Below are positions 31,401 to 41,168 of a DNA stretch of 46,935 bases, in pieces. The notes below the pieces were generated by a model. It was given only the letters and a program-made list of their open reading frames with translations, did not search any database and was not told the origin of the DNA. Source of the DNA: a virus; IMG/VR virus record IMGVR_UViG_3300002542_000002, one strand, 5' to 3'. Made by a program: the position numbers and the translations under genes. Position 1 is the stretch's first letter, and every line of letters starts with the position of its first letter.

Positions 31401-34016
31401 TTATTGATCGTCATAACTCATATTAGTAACATCCGGGATCTTGAGGAGTTTAACCTCCTCTTTAACGACTCCATTTTCATCCGGTTTGTATCTTACTCGG
31501 ATCCGGATCCCTACGAAACCGTTAGCTCCCGCCGTAATGTTCCCCTCTTTGTAAACCATAGCGGAGATCGTATATGTCGAGCGATGAGAAAGGTTATAAA
31601 CATCTTGGTAAATGCTCTTATACTCGCCGTAATTCGCCGTAATTTTAAAGCTATTCTCGCCGCTAAAGCCTCCCTCGGTCGAGGCGGTTATCCCCGGAGC
31701 GCCTACTTGAGTCCATTCGGCTAAGCCGTCATCCGCCCGAGAGTTTAAAAGATGATTAAATACGGTCATTTCTTGGATATCGGCGTTAGAAACCGGATCC
31801 GACTCGGTTAATACTTGGATTTGATCCTCAAAGGCTCGAGATTGTACCTCGGCAAGCTCCTTTTTCGGTTGGTCTAACTCTACCTCGCTCTTGTACGGCT
31901 CTCTTACGTTGTATTTACGTCGAACGATCCGGCTCGGTAAATGATCGATCATAAGATCCTCATCGATCGGATAAACGGTATCGCCGAGATGGATCGTTTC
32001 CGGCTCATGTCCGGAGCGGGAGCTAAGCTCTAATAGTTTCATTGAGTAAGTGATATTAGGTTTGGATAGCTCCGCTAACATTCTTTGACCGTCCTCGAGC
32101 AAGTTTTGAGGGATCGTATAGCGTTCATCTCTGAAATAGTCCGGACGGATCTTATTTCTTAGCCTGAGCTTGTTTACCCATTCGAGATTTTCGATATAAG
32201 GCAAGCCGTTATTTACGGTCGTGATATCCAGCTCTCCCGCTCCATATAGGTAGAGGCGAGTAACCATACCGTAAGTATCGATGATCCGCTCGATCTCTTT
32301 TATGTTTTTGTTGTAGTAAAAGCGGATCCGTTTATCCTCGCCGATCATATCGGTTATATCGATAAGATCTTGATCGCTTTCGGGATCATAGTAAAACCTT
32401 AGCTCGACTCCGAAAGTACTTTCTACCTCCCGGAGCAAAGCGAGAGCGCTTTTCCATGTTCCCCGGATCGTTCTTTTTTGTGTTTTCGTCGAGGTATTAA
32501 CGCCGATCCGCCATGTCGGAGTAGGGATCGCCTCCGATAAGATTTTTTGGACATGTTCCGTTACGGTTGCCTCTACTAACTCATACTCCGGTATCTTGCA
32601 ATCGTTTAGCTCGTACCATTTCGCCTCCGCTTTAAATTCGGATATTCTTTTTCCGTCGGATCCTTTTACATCCCGATTTTCTTTAATGATATATCGGCGG
32701 TTTCCGAGCTGGAGGAGATACTCTACCGCTTCATTTCCTAACATCCGCCGCTTAGGATCGGTCATCGGGAGCTTAAAGGTTAGAATATCCTTGCTCTTTA
32801 GCTCCTCCTCGATCCATATATCATAAGCGTTATGGAGGATACCCAGCGATTTAAGCCCGGTTTCGAGATCCGCAAAAACCCGGAGCGGCTCGGATATAAG
32901 CTCGTATTGTATCGGTCGAGCATATTCAAGGATCTCCAGCTCTTTTAAAACCGGAGTACTCACGTTCGAGCTTGTCATAAGCTCGACTTTTATTTGATAG
33001 TACCGCTTTTTCGGCGAGTAAATGGTACCGTCGGCTCCTACCGCTTGCCATGAGTCGAAATTTACTCCATCATCCGATACTCGGGTATAAAGGTTAATCG
33101 TATGGACGGATGGATCTAAAGCGGCGTTCATATGGAGCCGTCCGTAATAATCGATCGGCGGATCTCCGATATCGATAACGTTACTCTCCCATACGATCGG
33201 AGTAGCGGTTAGATAAGTACCGTCCGCTCGTTTCGGGATTTGTATCGATCCCGGCTCCGTACTGTAATCGACATATCTCCCATCGAGGATACCGTTATAG
33301 TAAGTACCGATAGTAGCGGCATCCCATACTTTCGAGCCTTTAAAGAACATAAACTCGTCTACGATCATATCCGGCGGGTAGGTATTCGCATCGGTCGCCG
33401 ATAATTGTCCGATCGTTAGATCCCGAGTAAAGGCTCCTAGACCGACATCCGTACTCCCGACGACTACGAGCGTATTATTAAAGTATACCTTGAGTTTATA
33501 CCCGGTATTTTCCGGCGATACGTCGTATATAAAGACGACATGATACCATACATCCGGCTGGGCATTAAACGCCGGGATAACGGTCATTTTATGACTCTCT
33601 TGGTTTTCTACTAAAGAGCCGTTTTTATAAAGCCTTGCGATGATCTGACCGTTTCCCTCGGCGGAGTTATACATCGCTAAATGAAAGCCATGATCGGAGG
33701 CGCTAGGCGTTCCCCGAGTCGTAAAGATGATCGTCCATTTCCCCGACTGAAAAGCGGACGGTTTGAATTTTACCCACATCGAAAACATGTTCTTTTGAGC
33801 GTCGAAAGTAACATTTTTAACCCGATAATGAGCTTGAGAGTTTAGATCCTTAGCGATCCCTCTTACTCCCGGTACATCTAGCGGAGTCCGGGTAAGCAAA
33901 AAGTTAGCGGGTTGATCCTCCATGTTGAAAAAGAGATCGGGATTAAACTCTAAGCCGCTTATACCGTTTCGGATAAAGTCGCTTTTGTTGGTTATGAGCG
34001 CTCTTGAGGTTGCCAT
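31401..34016 (-). CDS. tail-associated protein (Tal / phage minor structural protein) with N-terminal LamG-like and C-terminal CBM-like domains
   Basis: 871 aa, directly after Dit. The middle region (ISEPLRVFADLETGLKSLGILHNAYDIWIEEELKSKDILTFKLP...) resembles the minor-structural-protein/tail-endopeptidase N-region. Residues ~60-250 look like a concanavalin/LamG jelly-roll (FSMWVKFKPS...WYHVVFIYD...KVYFNNTLV). Confidence 0.7.
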   Translation of the reverse strand: MATSRALITNKSDFIRNGISGLEFNPDLFFNMEDQPANFLLTRTPLDVPGVRGIAKDLNSQAHYRVKNVTFDAQKNMFSMWVKFKPSAFQSGKWTIIFTTRGTPSASDHGFHLAMYNSAEGNGQIIARLYKNGSLVENQESHKMTVIPAFNAQPDVWYHVVFIYDVSPENTGYKLKVYFNNTLVVVGSTDVGLGAFTRDLTIGQLSATDANTYPPDMIVDEFMFFKGSKVWDAATIGTYYNGILDGRYVDYSTEPGSIQIPKRADGTYLTATPIVWESNVIDIGDPPIDYYGRLHMNAALDPSVHTINLYTRVSDDGVNFDSWQAVGADGTIYSPKKRYYQIKVELMTSSNVSTPVLKELEILEYARPIQYELISEPLRVFADLETGLKSLGILHNAYDIWIEEELKSKDILTFKLPMTDPKRRMLGNEAVEYLLQLGNRRYIIKENRDVKGSDGKRISEFKAEAKWYELNDCKIPEYELVEATVTEHVQKILSEAIPTPTWRIGVNTSTKTQKRTIRGTWKSALALLREVESTFGVELRFYYDPESDQDLIDITDMIGEDKRIRFYYNKNIKEIERIIDTYGMVTRLYLYGAGELDITTVNNGLPYIENLEWVNKLRLRNKIRPDYFRDERYTIPQNLLEDGQRMLAELSKPNITYSMKLLELSSRSGHEPETIHLGDTVYPIDEDLMIDHLPSRIVRRKYNVREPYKSEVELDQPKKELAEVQSRAFEDQIQVLTESDPVSNADIQEMTVFNHLLNSRADDGLAEWTQVGAPGITASTEGGFSGENSFKITANYGEYKSIYQDVYNLSHRSTYTISAMVYKEGNITAGANGFVGIRIRVRYKPDENGVVKEEVKLLKIPDVTNMSYDDQ

Positions 34017-34032
34017 TTAAAAACCTCCTCCT

Positions 34033-34788
34033 TTATAGCCATGTATCCCGATAAATCACTCGTATATTAGAGATCGATCCGGATACGACGGAGATTGTAT
34101 TATCGCCGTTTTGCAAAGTAAAGTATTTTTCCTCGTCGAGATACTCGTAAGCTCCCTCGCTATCGAGGAGGCTTGTTTGCTCCTTACTATTTATTGTATA
34201 GACTCCAGCCGGAGAGTTACTACTAAAAGCGATCTCCTCGGTCGTTTGGTCGGGATGAGTACATCTAATAACCGCCGCTCCCACTCCTTTTGTGATGATG
34301 AGAGTCGGCTTTGCTACGTGAGATCCGGCGTTATTGGCGATAATCTCACTTGTACCGGATAGATCTTTCTCCGCTACCGAGTAGGTAAATGGATCGTAAC
34401 ATATAAAATTAAGTGTAAACTCGTCCGAGATCAAGCCGAGCCGAGTCGGAGAAAAGTTTTCCGAGAGTCGAGCGAAATACATTTTATCCGGCTCGTCATC
34501 GAAAATAAGCTCCTTAGATCCGAGCCTCGGATTAAGTACCGCTGCTATATTGCGGAGCTTATTCATATAGTCGGCTTTGCTCGTCGCTCCTAATACTCTA
34601 ACCTTTACCGGGATGATCTTAGGCTTATAGCGTACTCCGAAATCGTAAGCTCCATCGATCCCCGGCGTTTCCTCTGTTTGCTCCTCGATCTCCGGCATAA
34701 GCGGGATCTCCTTATCGATAACCATAAGGGAAAGGGAGGAGCTTGTAACTCCCCCGAAAGTAAAGCCATCATGGAAAGTATAAGCCAT
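34033..34788 (-). CDS. distal tail protein (Dit)
   Basis: 251 aa, immediately after the tape measure. MAYTFHDGFTFGGVTSSSLSLMVIDKEIPLMP... is a typical siphovirus Dit N-terminus. Confidence 0.75.
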   Translation of the reverse strand: MAYTFHDGFTFGGVTSSSLSLMVIDKEIPLMPEIEEQTEETPGIDGAYDFGVRYKPKIIPVKVRVLGATSKADYMNKLRNIAAVLNPRLGSKELIFDDEPDKMYFARLSENFSPTRLGLISDEFTLNFICYDPFTYSVAEKDLSGTSEIIANNAGSHVAKPTLIITKGVGAAVIRCTHPDQTTEEIAFSSNSPAGVYTINSKEQTSLLDSEGAYEYLDEEKYFTLQNGDNTISVVSGSISNIRVIYRDTWL

Positions 34789-34803
34789 CGATTAAACCTC
34801 CCT

Positions 34804-37800
34804 TTATACGGTTTTTCTACCTCTTGCCCGGTCGTAATCTTGTTGCAAACGGAATAAGCCGTTAGAGATAACCCGAGCATCGGTTTCGTCGTTTTGATAG
34901 TAGTTTTCGATATACATAAGCGGCGCTTGATAGTTAGTAACGATCCCAGCGCCTTCGCTCGAGTCGCCGCTATTATCCGGTTTCGGTAGCTGGGAAGCTA
35001 TTACCTCTCCGGTCATCGCTCCGATCCCCGCCGGATCCGGCTCGATCATAGCGCTCTCGGCTAAGGCTTGAGTCGTTTTAGCTACGAGTTTCCGACTTTG
35101 ATCGATACCGATCGCCAATCCTTCGCCGAGATAGTTACCGATATCTCTAAATACCCGGCTCGGAGAGTGGATACCGAAAAATCCTGTTACTTTATCCTTG
35201 ATCGACTTAGCGAAAGAGGTTACTTTATCTCGGATCCATCCCGCCATACTCGAGATACCGTTCCACAATCCCCGAACGATATTCGCTCCGACACTTACGA
35301 GGTTTATCCCCTTGAAAGCGGAGATGATCCGGGAGGCGGTATTTCTTACGATACTCATCACATTGTTTAAGCCGCTCGAGAAGATCGATTTTAAGGAGCT
35401 TATGACATTCGATACGATCCCCTTGATCGCCGAAAAGTTTCCGGTAAAGATCGCCTTGATCGCTTGAATGATCCCGGAGATGATCGTCTTAGCGGCGTTA
35501 AACCCGGTACTTATGATCGAGCGTACCGCCGATATCCATCCGGACACGAAAGAGCGGATCGCATTAAAGACTCCGGTCACGATGGATTTTATGTTATTTA
35601 CGGCGTTGCTTACTCCGGTTTTGATAGCGTTCCATACCGTTATAACCGTACTTTTCAAGCCGTTTAATACGGATTGTACGGTAGACTTGATAGCGTTCCA
35701 TATTGTGAGTATCGTATTTTTGGTAGCGGAAAGTACGTTCGATATCCCGCTCTTGATACCGTTCCACGTATTAACCGCCGCCGTCTTTAAGCCGTTCCAT
35801 ATCGAAACTGCCGTACTCTTGATCCCATTCCATAGGTTAGATACCCAGCTTTTAAAGCCGCTCCATGCATTAGATATTGCTTGGATCGTTTGAGGTACTA
35901 CTTTCTTGAGCCATTCAAAGACGGCGATCGCTCCGCTCTTGATAGCGCTCCACGCTGAAAGAACGATATTTCTAAATGTTTCGCTCTTTTGCCATGCTGT
36001 ATATAGAGCGACTCCTAACCCGACGAGCAAGGCGATGATTAAACCGATCGGGTTAAGCGACATAACGAGGTTAAGCAAGCGGGTAGCTACGGCAAGCGCT
36101 TTTGTTCGAGCGATTTGTAAGAGCATCGGCGCTTGTAAGGCGAGCAAGTAAGCCTTATACGCCAAAAATCCCGCTAAAATACCGTTCATTATCGGTATAA
36201 AGCCTTCCCACTCGGTAAACTTAGCGACAATCGTCGTTATACCGTTAATAATCGGCGCTAAGACTGATCCGAGAGCGGTAAAAGCGACGACTAATACGGA
36301 TCCTATCCAGCCTCCGGCGTTTTTAAAGACGATAAAAAGGTTTTCAAAGGTCGGCTTAAACTTGTTGATCGTATCAAAGATCACATTAAAAGCCGTTCCT
36401 AGAGCCTCTTTTATCGCTGGGAGGTTTTGTCGTAAGCTATTTATCATATTGTTAATCGTCGGCATCACTTTTTGCTGTACGGAGTCGATAACCTCGACTT
36501 GTAACATCCGTCCGACTCCCCGCAAAGCTTCGCCTAAGCTGTTAAATCTTACTTCTCCCATCTTTTGGAGAGTATCGGCGCTCATATTCGCCTCATCTCG
36601 TACCTTACCGAGAGCGAGGATCGTTTTGTACTCTAAGTCCTCGAATTGAGTACCCATTAAGGCGACTCCGATAGCGTTACGCTTAACCGGATCCTCGATC
36701 TCGCCGAGCTTTTGGAAAACGGTTTGTAATGCTTTTTGAGCGCTCGATCCGCCTTTAGCGAAAGCTTGCTCCATTTGAGTAGCATCCAGCCCGAGAGCGG
36801 AAAAAGCCTCATGAGTAGACTTCGATTGATCCTTTACCCGGATCCCCAGCTCTTTGATAGCATCCCCGACTTTATCGAGGTTAAATGCTCCCGCTTCCGC
36901 TCCGGCGGCGAGTACGTTAAACATACCCTCGGCATCGAAACCGAGTTGTTTAAAATAAACGGCGTACTCGTTAAACGTATCGAGCATATCGCCGCTCTTA
37001 TCGAGTCCTTTTTGCGCTCCTTGAGCGATGAGAGTAAACGCTTGCTCTCCGGTTATTCCAAACTGCTTCATTAGCGTATCGGCTGTCCGAGTCGTTTCCG
37101 ATACGTCATATTGGAAAGTATCCCGGAGTAATAAGGCGTGTTTCGTCATATCCTCGAGAGCCTTACCCGCTAACCCGGTATTATTGGCGGTTAGAGCTAG
37201 AGCCTCTCCGATATCGGCGAAACTCTCGCCATAGTTAGCGGCATAGATATTTTTAAGGGTTTGCCCGAGTTGTTTCGTTTCCTCATCGGTAGCTCCGGTT
37301 TGTGCGACGACTCCGTTTAATGCTCTTTGATAATCGTCGGTTACTTTGATCGCTCCAGCTATCCCGGTACCGATCCCGACGAAAGCGGTAGCTCCGATCG
37401 TTTTTAATTTTGTGAATGTATTTTGATAGTTTTTTAAGGCTTGCTCCGCTTCTTTCGTCGCTCCGCTCGCATTTTTCCCGAAATCTTGGATCGCCTTGTC
37501 TGCTTCTCGGATCGCTTGATCCAATCCTCCGAGATTGACATTATCCCCGAGCTTGTCGATCGTTTTTTTCGCTTTATTTACCGACGTTTGAAGCTCGAGC
37601 ATAGTAGAAACGGAAAGCCGCCCGAACGTACTTAGGTCGCTTTCCGCTTTTGTGATCGCCTTATCCAATCCGCTAAACATATCGGAGGATCCCGCTCCAG
37701 CGTTTTTAAGAGCGGAGCGGAGGTTAGTAAGGCTCTTTCGCATACCGTCAAAGGCTTGGTTAGCCTCGGCGGTAGCTTTAGCGCTATCCTTCCCGATACT

Positions 37801-37893
37801 GTTTATCTCTTGTTTCAATCCAGCAACGGCGGATTTAAAACTACTGATTTGAGCCGAAAATCTCGCTCTTAGCTCGCTAACGACTCCCGGCAT
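34804..37893 (-). CDS. tail tape measure protein
   Basis: 1029 aa, alpha-helical. TP901-type core (ATDEETKQLGQTLKNIYAANYGESFADIGEALALTANNTGLAG...), central hydrophobic segments and an 11-residue W/F periodic repeat block. Confidence 0.92.
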   Translation of the reverse strand: MPGVVSELRARFSAQISSFKSAVAGLKQEINSIGKDSAKATAEANQAFDGMRKSLTNLRSALKNAGAGSSDMFSGLDKAITKAESDLSTFGRLSVSTMLELQTSVNKAKKTIDKLGDNVNLGGLDQAIREADKAIQDFGKNASGATKEAEQALKNYQNTFTKLKTIGATAFVGIGTGIAGAIKVTDDYQRALNGVVAQTGATDEETKQLGQTLKNIYAANYGESFADIGEALALTANNTGLAGKALEDMTKHALLLRDTFQYDVSETTRTADTLMKQFGITGEQAFTLIAQGAQKGLDKSGDMLDTFNEYAVYFKQLGFDAEGMFNVLAAGAEAGAFNLDKVGDAIKELGIRVKDQSKSTHEAFSALGLDATQMEQAFAKGGSSAQKALQTVFQKLGEIEDPVKRNAIGVALMGTQFEDLEYKTILALGKVRDEANMSADTLQKMGEVRFNSLGEALRGVGRMLQVEVIDSVQQKVMPTINNMINSLRQNLPAIKEALGTAFNVIFDTINKFKPTFENLFIVFKNAGGWIGSVLVVAFTALGSVLAPIINGITTIVAKFTEWEGFIPIMNGILAGFLAYKAYLLALQAPMLLQIARTKALAVATRLLNLVMSLNPIGLIIALLVGLGVALYTAWQKSETFRNIVLSAWSAIKSGAIAVFEWLKKVVPQTIQAISNAWSGFKSWVSNLWNGIKSTAVSIWNGLKTAAVNTWNGIKSGISNVLSATKNTILTIWNAIKSTVQSVLNGLKSTVITVWNAIKTGVSNAVNNIKSIVTGVFNAIRSFVSGWISAVRSIISTGFNAAKTIISGIIQAIKAIFTGNFSAIKGIVSNVISSLKSIFSSGLNNVMSIVRNTASRIISAFKGINLVSVGANIVRGLWNGISSMAGWIRDKVTSFAKSIKDKVTGFFGIHSPSRVFRDIGNYLGEGLAIGIDQSRKLVAKTTQALAESAMIEPDPAGIGAMTGEVIASQLPKPDNSGDSSEGAGIVTNYQAPLMYIENYYQNDETDARVISNGLFRLQQDYDRARGRKTV
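35239..35961 (-). repeat. 11-residue (33-nt) periodic repeats inside the tape measure gene
   Basis: Residues ~645-885. W/F/L recurs every 11 or 22 aa (LWNGIKS, IWNGLKT, TWNGIKS, IWNAIKS, LNGLKS, VWNAIKT, VFNAIRS, ...). Confidence 0.8.
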
Positions 37894-37905
37894 AAAACCG
37901 CCTCC

Positions 37906-38256
37906 TTATTGTTTATTTTTCGGTTTCGCTCTAAATTCATCCAGCTTGGAGAAATCCCATTCGAGCTTTTTGTGAGGGTTGCCGAGTAAACGCCCTCCGG
38001 TTTCTCGAGGTTTGATCTTGTCATAAAACTTTTTCCGCTGTTTCGGATCGACTCGAGAGTTAGCTCCGAAAAATAGTAAATGAAATTGTTCTAAGCGGCG
38101 ACTCTCCCGCTCTTGCCGCTCCATAGCGAGATAATTAAGCGCCTCGAGTACCGGAGTTTCTAATACCTCGGATCTCCCTCCTAAGATTGGGGATAAGCGG
38201 TAGACAATAAGCTCGAAAGGATCGAGCTTTATTTTACTACCTTGAACCCTCCCCAC
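37906..38256 (-). CDS. tail assembly chaperone, T-part (expressed as G-T fusion by -1 frameshift)
   Basis: The ORF lies in the -1 frame relative to 38229-38696 and overlaps it. It has no convincing SD of its own. The reading frame is open from the slippery site. Confidence 0.7.
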   Translation of the reverse strand: MGRVQGSKIKLDPFELIVYRLSPILGGRSEVLETPVLEALNYLAMERQERESRRLEQFHLLFFGANSRVDPKQRKKFYDKIKPRETGGRLLGNPHKKLEWDFSKLDEFRAKPKNKQ

Positions 38257-38696
38257 TTGCTCCGAGCCATAAAAAAAGTTTGTTTCGCCCGCTCGATCAT
38301 CGCTTTAAAGTCGTTCACTTCGATAACCGCTTGAGCGATATCGAAAAGGGTATCGTAATCTTGCTCGTCGAGTACTTCCTCCTCGATCCCGCTTACGATC
38401 GCTAAAAGCTCCGTTATTTCGTCCGGGATCCGATTAAAGAGGATCTTAAAGGCGTTTAATAGATTTTCGATAAAGATTTTATCCTCGAGAGCGTCATCCA
38501 TAGCGGCTCCCGCTTCTCCCGGTTTAATGTCCATTTCCATAAAGTAAGAGATAAGCTCCGACGTACTTTCCTCGTTTTGCACTAAACTAATAATCTCTTG
38601 TATCTTCTTTAAAGCCTTTTTTAGCTGTTTGACTTTCATTTTTTCGATTTTAACGTTTTGATCTTCTCCGTTAATGTTTAATAATACCTTTGCCAT
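38229..38696 (-). CDS. tail assembly chaperone (gpG-like)
   Basis: 155-aa acidic protein between the major tail and tape measure genes. Ends shortly after a slippery heptamer. Confidence 0.75.
   Translation of the reverse strand: MAKVLLNINGEDQNVKIEKMKVKQLKKALKKIQEIISLVQNEESTSELISYFMEMDIKPGEAGAAMDDALEDKIFIENLLNAFKILFNRIPDEITELLAIVSGIEEEVLDEQDYDTLFDIAQAVIEVNDFKAMIERAKQTFFMARSKWGGFKVVK
38271..38277 (-). other. -1 programmed ribosomal frameshift slippery site (T TTT TTT in the zero frame)
   Basis: Minus strand reads AAA CAA ACT TTT TTT ATG. The heptamer T_TTT_TTT is in X_XXY_YYZ phase. The -1 frame then reads Y G S E Q V G R V Q G S K..., continuous with the 37906-38256 ORF. Confidence 0.75.
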
Positions 38697-38737
38697 AATG
38701 GTACCTCCTTGTTTTGAGAGAAATTTTTTACAAGTCT

Positions 38738-38769
38738 ATTATAATACAAAAAAGAGGAGGAGAAATGCT
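38738..38769 (-). terminator. rho-independent terminator after the major tail gene
   Basis: Minus strand reads GAGGAGGAGA-GCATT-TCTCCTCCTC followed by TTTTTT. Confidence 0.75.
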
Positions 38770-38787
38770 CTCCTCCTCCCTCTGTTA

Positions 38788-39351
38788 TTAAGTTCCGGCG
38801 TTCGGATCCGTTTCTCCGATATAGAAAAAGTTACCCGGTAAGTTTGCATCCGCTCCATCTCTCGGATACATTTGTAGAGTGATCTCGTTTTGCCCTTGCT
38901 CGTTAGCGTAAGACTCGTTAAACTCGGATACTCCAGCCATTTTGTAGATCGTGATATCGTTCGATTTATCGGATCCCATTCCTCGAGGATGGATAACGAC
39001 TTTTTTCGCTTTCGAGCGCATGGATGTACCGATTTTCGCATCCATTAGCCCGACGGTTTGCCCTCCGGTATCCGTAATCGCCTCGGTGTAACCCATAGCA
39101 AGCGCTAAGATCTTAAGATCTCGGTTTCCCGCTACGATTGTAAGCTCGCCGTTATAACCGACTACGATTTGATCGTATGGAGTGTTTCCAAAGTCCGGGA
39201 TCGTGATATCCTCAAGCTCCGGCTCGATAGAGATCTCGCCGCCGTCCGCTTGGAGATATGTTTTCCCGTCAAACATTATTTGGTCTGTTCCTTCGCCTAC
39301 TGTAATATCGGCTAAACCGAAAGGGATGTATTTTCCGTCAACTTGCGGCAT
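38788..39351 (-). CDS. major tail protein
   Basis: 187 aa, beta-rich. Canonical position upstream of the G/GT chaperones. Followed by an attenuating terminator. Confidence 0.65.
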   Translation of the reverse strand: MPQVDGKYIPFGLADITVGEGTDQIMFDGKTYLQADGGEISIEPELEDITIPDFGNTPYDQIVVGYNGELTIVAGNRDLKILALAMGYTEAITDTGGQTVGLMDAKIGTSMRSKAKKVVIHPRGMGSDKSNDITIYKMAGVSEFNESYANEQGQNEITLQMYPRDGADANLPGNFFYIGETDPNAGT

Positions 39352-39353
39352 AG

Positions 39354-39764
39354 CTATTTAACCTCCTTTAAGGTTGCCCTTAGATTTATACTATAATCGA
39401 GATGTTTCCCCTCCACTCCTACCCGGATCGGAGGATCACACTCGATAAAAAATATCCGGTAAGAGCGGGAGCCTAAAAGCTCTCCTTTTTTGTTTCGGTA
39501 CTCTCGGGTAGCTACCTCATCCCGCCGCTTATTAAGGATATCATATACCTTGTAAGCGAGGTACTCGACTTTCGCAAAGTCGGAGGATCTTAGGTATACT
39601 TGGTAGCTCGGGAAAATAAACTCCCGCTCGTCGTTTGAATCGGAGGGAGAGGGATTATTCATTATAACCGTTCCGGTATCATCCTCGCCGGAGTAAGCCT
39701 CTATGCTCCACTCAAGCTCGGGGATCTCCGCCGCTAATAAATCCTTTATATACTTTTGGATCAT
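39354..39764 (-). CDS. tail terminator / tail completion protein
   Basis: 136 aa. Assigned by position between the HK97 gp10-like gene and the major tail gene. Confidence 0.45.
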   Translation of the reverse strand: MIQKYIKDLLAAEIPELEWSIEAYSGEDDTGTVIMNNPSPSDSNDEREFIFPSYQVYLRSSDFAKVEYLAYKVYDILNKRRDEVATREYRNKKGELLGSRSYRIFFIECDPPIRVGVEGKHLDYSINLRATLKEVK

Positions 39765-39766
39765 CC

Positions 39767-40249
39767 CTACTCGCCTCCTAAGACTCGCTCTAAAATACGC
39801 TTATTCATTTTCTCAAAGTCCGGCTTGAGGAGATTAACCGCTCGCTCTTGAAACTTTCGCCCGGCTTTTTCTCCTCGAAAGCCCGGCTTATTTCGAGTAC
39901 GAGCGCCTCGTCCGTTCACGTAATAGCCCGGAAACTTAGCTCCATTATCGTACTTAGGATAAACGCCCATCCGATAAGGCTCCTCATGTCTACGGACGGC
40001 ATACTCGCTATTTGATCCGCCTTCTACTACGATCTCATCGCCTTCTCGTCGAGCGGGAGCGATATTATAACTACTTTCGAGATCGCCCTCATCTCGAGGC
40101 ATTAAAGCTTTTACCGCTTCCTCTACTAGAAAGCCGAAATCGGTATACTCCTCTTTAGCGATCCTCTCGATCCGTTCCTCCATCCCATCGAGTAACCGCT
40201 CCATCTCGGCTAAGCCTTCCCATTCTATCGAGATAAAGTCTTTAGCCAA
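39767..40249 (-). CDS. HK97 gp10-like tail-head joining protein
   Basis: 160 aa. The N-terminus (ISIEWEGLAEMERLLDGMEERIERIAKE...) resembles the HK97 gp10 family. Confidence 0.55.
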   Translation of the reverse strand: MAKDFISIEWEGLAEMERLLDGMEERIERIAKEEYTDFGFLVEEAVKALMPRDEGDLESSYNIAPARREGDEIVVEGGSNSEYAVRRHEEPYRMGVYPKYDNGAKFPGYYVNGRGARTRNKPGFRGEKAGRKFQERAVNLLKPDFEKMNKRILERVLGGE

Positions 40250-40586
40250 TGGTAGAAAACCTCGATAAAACTCGCTTGCCGAGCGGATCGGTATTTTCCT
40301 CGATGGTTATGATCTTCCCCCGATATACCCGGTTAAACGGATCCTTATACTCCAGCTCGTCGCCGTAATCGTACTCCACATCCGGCGGAAAGTCTACCTC
40401 CATAAAGGTACTAACCTCCGCTCCGTCGGCATCTCTTACGACGTTTTGCCGGAGATCGATAGCGACATTTACCTCGATCGGCTGGAGTTGAAAGTTACCG
40501 TAATCGTCTTTTAGGTACCGTCCGGGATTATTCGGATCCGGGATCTTTCGGTATAACGTCGCTTTTTGCGGGAAAAATAACATCAT
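40242..40586 (-). CDS. head closure / head-tail adaptor protein
   Basis: 114 aa. Call based on position only. Confidence 0.4.
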   Translation of the reverse strand: MMLFFPQKATLYRKIPDPNNPGRYLKDDYGNFQLQPIEVNVAIDLRQNVVRDADGAEVSTFMEVDFPPDVEYDYGDELEYKDPFNRVYRGKIITIEENTDPLGKRVLSRFSTIG

Positions 40587-40924
40587 TAGATTAACCTCCC
40601 CGCTGGAGTCGGAGGATCCCCGATAATCTCTCTTACTTGAGGAGAAATAGACGAGTAGGATCCGCTGGTAAAGGATATCGAGCCTCGTTTCGTCGAGTAA
40701 GAGGCGATCCCTTGCCGCTTGAGGCTTTCATACTCTCCGGCGGCGCTTTCGGCGTTATAAATCGCTTGTAAGACGACGATCCGAGGCGTGATATGTCTAG
40801 GATGATAAATCGATAGATCCTCTCGAGCCTTAAAAAAGGCTTTGTCGAGATCGGCATCATCTAAAGAGGAGAGCGGGTTAGGCGGGAGTTTAGAAAGGTA
40901 CTCCTTTTCTAACTCGTAAGCCAT
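40586..40924 (-). CDS. head-tail connector (gp6/gp15-like)
   Basis: 112 aa. Second ORF downstream of the capsid gene, after the 63-aa ORF. Call based on position. Confidence 0.45.
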   Translation of the reverse strand: MAYELEKEYLSKLPPNPLSSLDDADLDKAFFKAREDLSIYHPRHITPRIVVLQAIYNAESAAGEYESLKRQGIASYSTKRGSISFTSGSYSSISPQVREIIGDPPTPAGRLI

Positions 40925-40944
40925 CTATACCCGCTCCTTTCGTT

Positions 40945-41136
40945 TTATTCTTCGTCTTTATCTTTTGCTTTTTTAACCTTGTCTTTTACGTTTTCGTATT
41001 CTTCCGGAGTGAGGAAAATCTCCTCGCCTGTTTTGTAAACTTTGCCTTTTTTATAAAGATAGCCTTGATCGCCGACGATGTACTTAGTTTCTTTTACTTC
41101 TTGTTTTTGAGTTTCTTTTTCTTGAGCTTTAGCCAT
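40945..41136 (-). CDS. hypothetical Lys/Glu-rich small protein (63 aa)
   Basis: ORF with SD GGGAGG upstream. Follows the terminator after the capsid gene. Confidence 0.5.
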   Translation of the reverse strand: MAKAQEKETQKQEVKETKYIVGDQGYLYKKGKVYKTGEEIFLTPEEYENVKDKVKKAKDKDEE

Positions 41137-41168
41137 GATTTTAACCTCCCGATCATAATTTTTTAAGG

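Noticed and set aside
38739-39041. Alternative-frame ORFs nested in or overlapping long genes (38739-39041, 34605-34880, 40633-40860, 21570-21818, 22245-22430, 24098-24361, 9205-9414, 27865-28059, 29123-29389, 30011-30223, 45732-45950, 16488-16697, 10418-10600) and all long plus-strand ORFs opposite minus-strand genes
   Set aside because: Each lies inside or overlaps a longer ORF that has recognisable motifs or operon context. They lack SD sequences and have Arg/Ser/Leu-rich shadow-ORF composition.
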